A program made the position numbers and the translations under genes. Below are positions 59,847-64,000 of a DNA stretch of 64,000 nt, one piece after another. Under the pieces are notes generated by a model that had not been told where the DNA came from, searched no databases, and saw nothing but the letters and a program-made list of their open reading frames with translations. Position 1 is the stretch's first letter. Each line of letters starts with the position of its first letter. Source of the DNA: Hyphomicrobiaceae bacterium (GTDB lineage Bacteria > Pseudomonadota > Alphaproteobacteria > Rhizobiales > Hyphomicrobiaceae); assembly GCA_041397725.1 (NCBI GenBank), contig JAWKVZ010000001.1, forward strand, positions 602,021 through 666,020. Reading direction: 5' to 3'.

Positions 59847-59856
59847 GGCGATCTCC

Positions 59857-60060
59857 TCAGGCCTCTTGTCCGACGCCGCGCTTGACGCGGGCGAATGTCT
59901 GAATGCGTGCGATGTCGCGTCGAACCTGACGGACCCGCGAAGTGTTCTCGAGCTGCCCGGAAGCCTTCTGGAAGCGCAGGTTGAACTGCTCCTTCTTCAG
60001 CTTGATGAGCTCCTCGTCGAGCTGATCGAGGGACTTGTCCCTGAGATCGCTGGCTTTCAT
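59857..60060 (-). CDS. rpmC: 50S ribosomal protein L29
   Basis: [39 protein letters not shown]... Confidence 0.93.
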   Translation of the reverse strand: MKASDLRDKSLDQLDEELIKLKKEQFNLRFQKASGQLENTSRVRQVRRDIARIQTFARVKRGVGQEA

Positions 60061-60104
60061 CTGCGTCCTCCAGGCGCGCCCTCAGGCGACGCTCATTCTT
60101 CCGC

Positions 60105-60515
60105 TCAGTTGATCCGCATCACGAAGCGCGTGCGGATCGGCAGCTTGGCTGCTCCGAGTTGCAGCGCCTCGCGGGCAATGGTCTCGGTCACACCGTCGAT
60201 CTCGAACATGATGCGACCCGGCTTCACGCGCGCCGCCCAGAACTCCGGCGAACCCTTGCCCGAGCCCATGCGGACTTCGGTCGGCTTCTTGGAGACCGGC
60301 ACGTCTGGGAAAATGCGGATCCACACGCGCCCGGCGCGCTTCATGTGGCGCGTGATGGCCCGCCGCGCCGCCTCGATCTGGCGCGCGGTCAGACGCTCCG
60401 GTTCCATGGCCTTGAGACCATATGCGCCGAAGGCCAGAGTGGTGCCACCCTTGGCGTTGCCATGGATGCGCCCCTTGTGGGCCTTGCGATACTTCGTACG
60501 TTTCGGTTGCAGCAT
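60105..60515 (-). CDS. rplP: 50S ribosomal protein L16
   Basis: [36 protein letters not shown]... Confidence 0.95.
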   Translation of the reverse strand: MLQPKRTKYRKAHKGRIHGNAKGGTTLAFGAYGLKAMEPERLTARQIEAARRAITRHMKRAGRVWIRIFPDVPVSKKPTEVRMGSGKGSPEFWAARVKPGRIMFEIDGVTETIAREALQLGAAKLPIRTRFVMRIN

Positions 60516-60546
60516 CGGTGTTCACTCTCGGATTGTGCCAGCGACC

Positions 60547-61263
60547 TCAGGCCGAAGGGCCGTCGCTGCGGCGCGGACGCGAGCCGCTGCCGGGTTGCTG
60601 CTCCATGGCGCGGCGCTCCGACGCCATCGGATCGTGCTCCAGGATCTCACCCTTGAAGATCCAGACCTTGATGCCGATGATGCCGTAGGCCGTGCGCGCA
60701 ACGGCATAGCCGTAGTCGATATCCGCGCGCAGCGTGTGCAGCGGCACGCGCCCCTCGCGATACCACTCCATGCGGGCGATCTCCGCGCCGCCGAGGCGAC
60801 CCGAGCAGGTGATGCGGATGCCGCCGGCGCCGAGCTTGAGGGCCGACTGCACCGAGCGCTTCATGGCGCGACGGAAGGCGATGCGCCGCTCGAGCTGCTG
60901 GGCGATGTTCTCCGCGACCAGCGTCGCGTCGATCTCGGCGTTGCGGATCTCGACGATGTTGAGGTGCACCTCGGAGTCGGTGAACTTCGTCAGGGCGCTG
61001 CGCAGCTTCTCGATGTCCGCGCCCTTCTTGCCGATCAGCACACCCGGGCGGGCCGTATGCACGGTGACGCGGCACTTCTTGTGCGGGCGCTCGATCACCA
61101 CCTTCGAGATGCCGGCCTGGCGGCGCATCTTCAGAATGTGCTCGCGGATATGCATGTCCTCGTGCAACAGCTTGCCGTACTCGCCACGCGCGGCGAACCA
61201 GCGGCTGTCCCACGTGCGGTTCACGCCGACGCGCAAACCGACTGGATTGATTTTCTGGCCCAT
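60547..61263 (-). CDS. rpsC: 30S ribosomal protein S3
   Basis: The C-terminal 238 aa of ORF 60547..61746 ([24 protein letters not shown]...). The start overlaps the rplV stop by 1 nt. Confidence 0.93.
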   Translation of the reverse strand: MGQKINPVGLRVGVNRTWDSRWFAARGEYGKLLHEDMHIREHILKMRRQAGISKVVIERPHKKCRVTVHTARPGVLIGKKGADIEKLRSALTKFTDSEVHLNIVEIRNAEIDATLVAENIAQQLERRIAFRRAMKRSVQSALKLGAGGIRITCSGRLGGAEIARMEWYREGRVPLHTLRADIDYGYAVARTAYGIIGIKVWIFKGEILEHDPMASERRAMEQQPGSGSRPRRSDGPSA

Positions 61264-61661
61264 CAGCCGGCTTCCTTCTCTTGCGCGGCAGGCTGCACCT
61301 GCTTGACGACCACCGTGATCTGCGAGAACGGCTTCATGATCGGGCTCATGCGACCGCGACCGCGAGCATGCCAGCGGCGCATCACCATGTTCTTGCCGAC
61401 GTAGGCCTCGGAGACGACGAGATCGTTGACGTCGAGGTCGTGGTTGTTCTCGGCGTTGGCGACCGCGGACATCAGCACCTTCTTGACGTCCTTGGCGATG
61501 CGCTTGTTCGAGAAGGTCAGATCGGCGAGCGCACGGTCGACCTTCTTGCCGCGGATGAGCTGAGCCACGAGGTTCAGCTTCTGCGGGCTCACACGCAGAT
61601 TCCGGGCCACGGCCATGGCCTCGGTCTCGGCGAGCGTGCGCGGGCGTTTCGGCTTGCCCAT
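61263..61661 (-). CDS. rplV: 50S ribosomal protein L22
   Basis: ...[40 protein letters not shown]... Confidence 0.95.
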   Translation of the reverse strand: MGKPKRPRTLAETEAMAVARNLRVSPQKLNLVAQLIRGKKVDRALADLTFSNKRIAKDVKKVLMSAVANAENNHDLDVNDLVVSEAYVGKNMVMRRWHARGRGRMSPIMKPFSQITVVVKQVQPAAQEKEAG

Positions 61662-61663
61662 GG

Positions 61664-61945
61664 CTAGCTCCTCTTTGCCTTCTTGTCGCTGGCCGAGTGG
61701 CCGTGGAACGTGCGGGTCGGCGAGAACTCGCCGAACTTGTGACCAATCATGTCCTCGGTCACATTGACCGGGACGTGCTTGTGGCCGTTGTAGACGCCGA
61801 ACGTCAGACCGACGAACTGCGGCAGGATCGTCGAGCGGCGGGCCCAGATCTTGATGATCTCGTTGCGGCCGGAGGCGCGCACCTTTTCGGCCTTCTTCAA
61901 GAGGTAGCCGTCGACGAACGGACCCTTCCAGACTGAGCGTGACAC
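61664..61945 (-). CDS. rpsS: 30S ribosomal protein S19
   Basis: [21 protein letters not shown]... Confidence 0.95.
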   Translation of the reverse strand: MSRSVWKGPFVDGYLLKKAEKVRASGRNEIIKIWARRSTILPQFVGLTFGVYNGHKHVPVNVTEDMIGHKFGEFSPTRTFHGHSASDKKAKRS

Positions 61946-61965
61946 GGGCTCGTGCTCCTTCTCGA

Positions 61966-62799
61966 CTACTTCTTCTTCAGGTGACGGCTACGCACGATGT
62001 ACTTCTGCGTAGCCTTGTTCTTGCGGGTGCGGGAGCCCTTGGTGAACTTGCCCCACGGCGTGACCGGATGCCGGCCACCCTTGGTGCGTCCCTCGCCACC
62101 GCCGTGCGGATGGTCGATCGGGTTCATGGCGGTGCCGCGAACAGTCGGGCGGACACCCTTCCAGCGCGTGCGCCCGGCCTTACCCGTCGAAATGTTGCCG
62201 TGGTCGGGGTTCGACACCGCGCCGACCGTCGCCATGCACTCGGCCCGCACACGGCGCGTCTCGCCGGAGTTGAGGCGGATGACCGCGTAGCCGGCATCGC
62301 GGCCGACGAGCTGCACATAGGCGCCTGCCGAGCGGGCCATCTGCCCACCCTTGCCGGCCTTCATTTCCACGTTGTGGACGATCGTCCCGATCGGCATGGA
62401 GGCCAGCGGCATGGCGTTGCCCGGCTTCACGTCGACCTTGTCGCCGGACATCACGGTGTCGCCGACGGCCAGCCGCTGCGGCGCCAGGATGTAGGACTGC
62501 TCGCCATCCTCGTAACGGATGAGCGCGATGAAGGCCGTACGGTTGGGATCGTACTCGAGCCGCTCGACCGTCGCCGGCACGTCGTGCTTGCGACGGCGGA
62601 AATCGACGTGGCGGTACGTCTGCTTGTGCCCGCCGCCGATATGACGCGTGGTGATGCGGCCGAAATTGTTGCGACCGCCGCTCTTGCGCTTACCCTCGGT
62701 CAGGGCCTTGACGGGCTTGCCCTTCCACAGGTGGCTGCGATCCACCTGGACCAGCTGGCGCAGGCCCGGTGTCATCGGCCGATATGTCTTCAGTGCCAT
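61966..62799 (-). CDS. rplB: 50S ribosomal protein L2
   Basis: [29 protein letters not shown]...GGGEGR... Confidence 0.97.
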   Translation of the reverse strand: MALKTYRPMTPGLRQLVQVDRSHLWKGKPVKALTEGKRKSGGRNNFGRITTRHIGGGHKQTYRHVDFRRRKHDVPATVERLEYDPNRTAFIALIRYEDGEQSYILAPQRLAVGDTVMSGDKVDVKPGNAMPLASMPIGTIVHNVEMKAGKGGQMARSAGAYVQLVGRDAGYAVIRLNSGETRRVRAECMATVGAVSNPDHGNISTGKAGRTRWKGVRPTVRGTAMNPIDHPHGGGEGRTKGGRHPVTPWGKFTKGSRTRKNKATQKYIVRSRHLKKK

Positions 62800-62863
62800 G
62801 GGTCTGCCTATCAGATCCGTTTACGTGCTTCGCTATCGTTCCGGCGCCGTGCCGGGATGATGA

Positions 62864-63157
62864 TCAAAGCCCCGTGGTTACGTCGATGGTGTGCCCCTCC
62901 TCGAGGGTCACGATGGCCTTCTTGACGTCACCCTGCAGGCCCTTGCGACCGCGGAACACCTTCGTCTTGCCTTTACGGACGAGCGTGTTGACCGCCTTCA
63001 CCTTGACGTTGAAGAGCGACTCGACGGCGGCCTTGATCTCCGGCTTGGAGGCCTTCGGCGCCACGCGAAAGATGACCTGGTTGACCTCCGAGACCTGTGT
63101 GGCCTTCTCGGTGATCACCGGCGAGAGGATGATGTCGTAGTGCGCGAGCTTGTTCAT
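62864..63157 (-). CDS. rplW: 50S ribosomal protein L23
   Basis: ...[47 protein letters not shown]... Confidence 0.93.
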   Translation of the reverse strand: MNKLAHYDIILSPVITEKATQVSEVNQVIFRVAPKASKPEIKAAVESLFNVKVKAVNTLVRKGKTKVFRGRKGLQGDVKKAIVTLEEGHTIDVTTGL

Positions 63158-63807
63158 GCCGTCACCTTTGCTGCAGGCTTGGCCTGCGGCTTGAAGCGAG
63201 CCTCCAGCGCCTCGACTGCCGCGCGCGTCAGCACGAGCTTCCGGCAGCGCAGGACGTCGTAGACGTTGATGCCCTCGACCGGCAGAAGGTCGATGTGCGG
63301 GATATTGCGCGCAGCCAGCACGAAGCCGCGATCGAGTTGCGTGCCGTCGATGATCAGCGCCGAGGACAGGCCGAGCTTCTCGAGCTGCTTGCGCAGCGCG
63401 CTGGTCTTGACGTCCTTCGCCTCGGCCTTGTCGAGCACGATCAGCTCGGCGGCCTTGAGCTTGGCCGACAGGGCATGACGCAGCGCCAGCGCCCGCACCT
63501 TCTTCGGCAGCGCGATGGCATGGCTGCGCGGCTTCGGGCCGAACGCCTTGCCGCCGCCGCGGAACTGCGGCACCGACTTGTCACCGTGACGGGCACGGCC
63601 GGTGCCCTTCTGCTTGTACATCTTCTTGCCGGTCGTATTGACCTCGGAACGGTCCTGCGCGTGATGCGTTCCGGCCTGCCGCTTGGCGAGCTGGTAGCGC
63701 ACCATGCGGTGCAGGATGTCCGACCTCGGCTCGAGGCCGAAGATGTCGTCGGAGAGCTCGAGCTCGCCGGCCTTGGTGGCCTCGAGCGTGGTGATCTCGG
63801 CCTTCAT
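63154..63807 (-). CDS. rplD: 50S ribosomal protein L4
   Basis: ...[35 protein letters not shown]... ATG at 63807 chosen. GTG at 63810 is the alternative. Confidence 0.93.
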   Translation of the reverse strand: MKAEITTLEATKAGELELSDDIFGLEPRSDILHRMVRYQLAKRQAGTHHAQDRSEVNTTGKKMYKQKGTGRARHGDKSVPQFRGGGKAFGPKPRSHAIALPKKVRALALRHALSAKLKAAELIVLDKAEAKDVKTSALRKQLEKLGLSSALIIDGTQLDRGFVLAARNIPHIDLLPVEGINVYDVLRCRKLVLTRAAVEALEARFKPQAKPAAKVTA

Positions 63808-64000
63808 CACGCCTTCTCCTTGCTCTCTGTCGCGATGTCCGCGCCGGTCGGCTTGCGGAAGGCGCCCGGACGCGGGGCGTCCTGCGGCAGGTTGCGCTTA
63901 ATGGCGTCGCGCACCAGCACCCAGCCGCCCTTGTTCCCAGGCACGGCGCCACGCACGAGAACCAGACCGCGGTCGACGTCCGTGCCGACGACTTCCAGGT
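63807..64000 (-). CDS. rplC: 50S ribosomal protein L3, C-terminal fragment; 5' end outside the window
   Basis: The reverse strand translates as ...[42 protein letters not shown]...KEKA*. Confidence 0.85.
   Translation of the reverse strand, partial: LEVVGTDVDRGLVLVRGAVPGNKGGWVLVRDAIKRNLPQDAPRPGAFRKPTGADIATESKEKA

Overview
High-GC (about 65-70%) chromosomal segment that looks alphaproteobacterial (Rhizobiales-like), judged from protein signatures only. Coordinates were derived by arithmetic from the supplied ORF track and spot-checked against the sequence; exact start codons are best guesses. Many long overlapping ORFs in the track are GC-driven artefacts and were not annotated. From start to end the window contains: the tail of an RND efflux membrane-fusion gene plus an AcrB-type RND pump; an EamA exporter / Asp-Glu-type racemase / orphan ABC ATPase trio; a DHA2-type MFS transporter; a PrpF-family isomerase divergent from a GntR regulator, followed by a Fe(3+)/polyamine-type ABC importer and a convergent family-III CoA-transferase / two-module VOC pair; a complete Liv-type branched-chain amino-acid ABC transporter; rplM-rpsI; an MFS / PaaI thioesterase / crotonase / VOC / CoA-binding group; rph-VOC-rdgB divergent from hrcA-grpE; a large flotillin/SPFH-like membrane protein lying between grpE and dnaK-dnaJ (dnaK carries a sigma32-like promoter and there is a dnaK-dnaJ attenuator hairpin); pyrF, DUF1330, DUF167-yggT; tRNA-Ala(CGC) with its own promoter; VOC / acyl-CoA dehydrogenase / MmgE-PrpD genes; an MFS; a roughly 790-bp non-coding region dense in palindromes that carries one small orphan gene; a pta-like gene divergent from a short citrate-synthase-like gene; several exported low-complexity or Cys-rich proteins; isochorismatase and GST; and a long run of ribosomal-protein and core genes on the minus strand (rplQ-rpoA-rpsK-rpsM-adk-secY, then rplO through the 3' end of rplC). 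No CRISPR array, integrase, transposase or rRNA was seen. I did not find a clearly novel system. The candidates most worth a second look are the palindrome-rich orphan small-gene locus (43584-44375), the PrpF-GntR-ABC-VOC-CoA-transferase module with stacked palindromic operators, the flotillin-like gene embedded in the heat-shock locus, and the racemase-EamA-orphan-ATPase trio.
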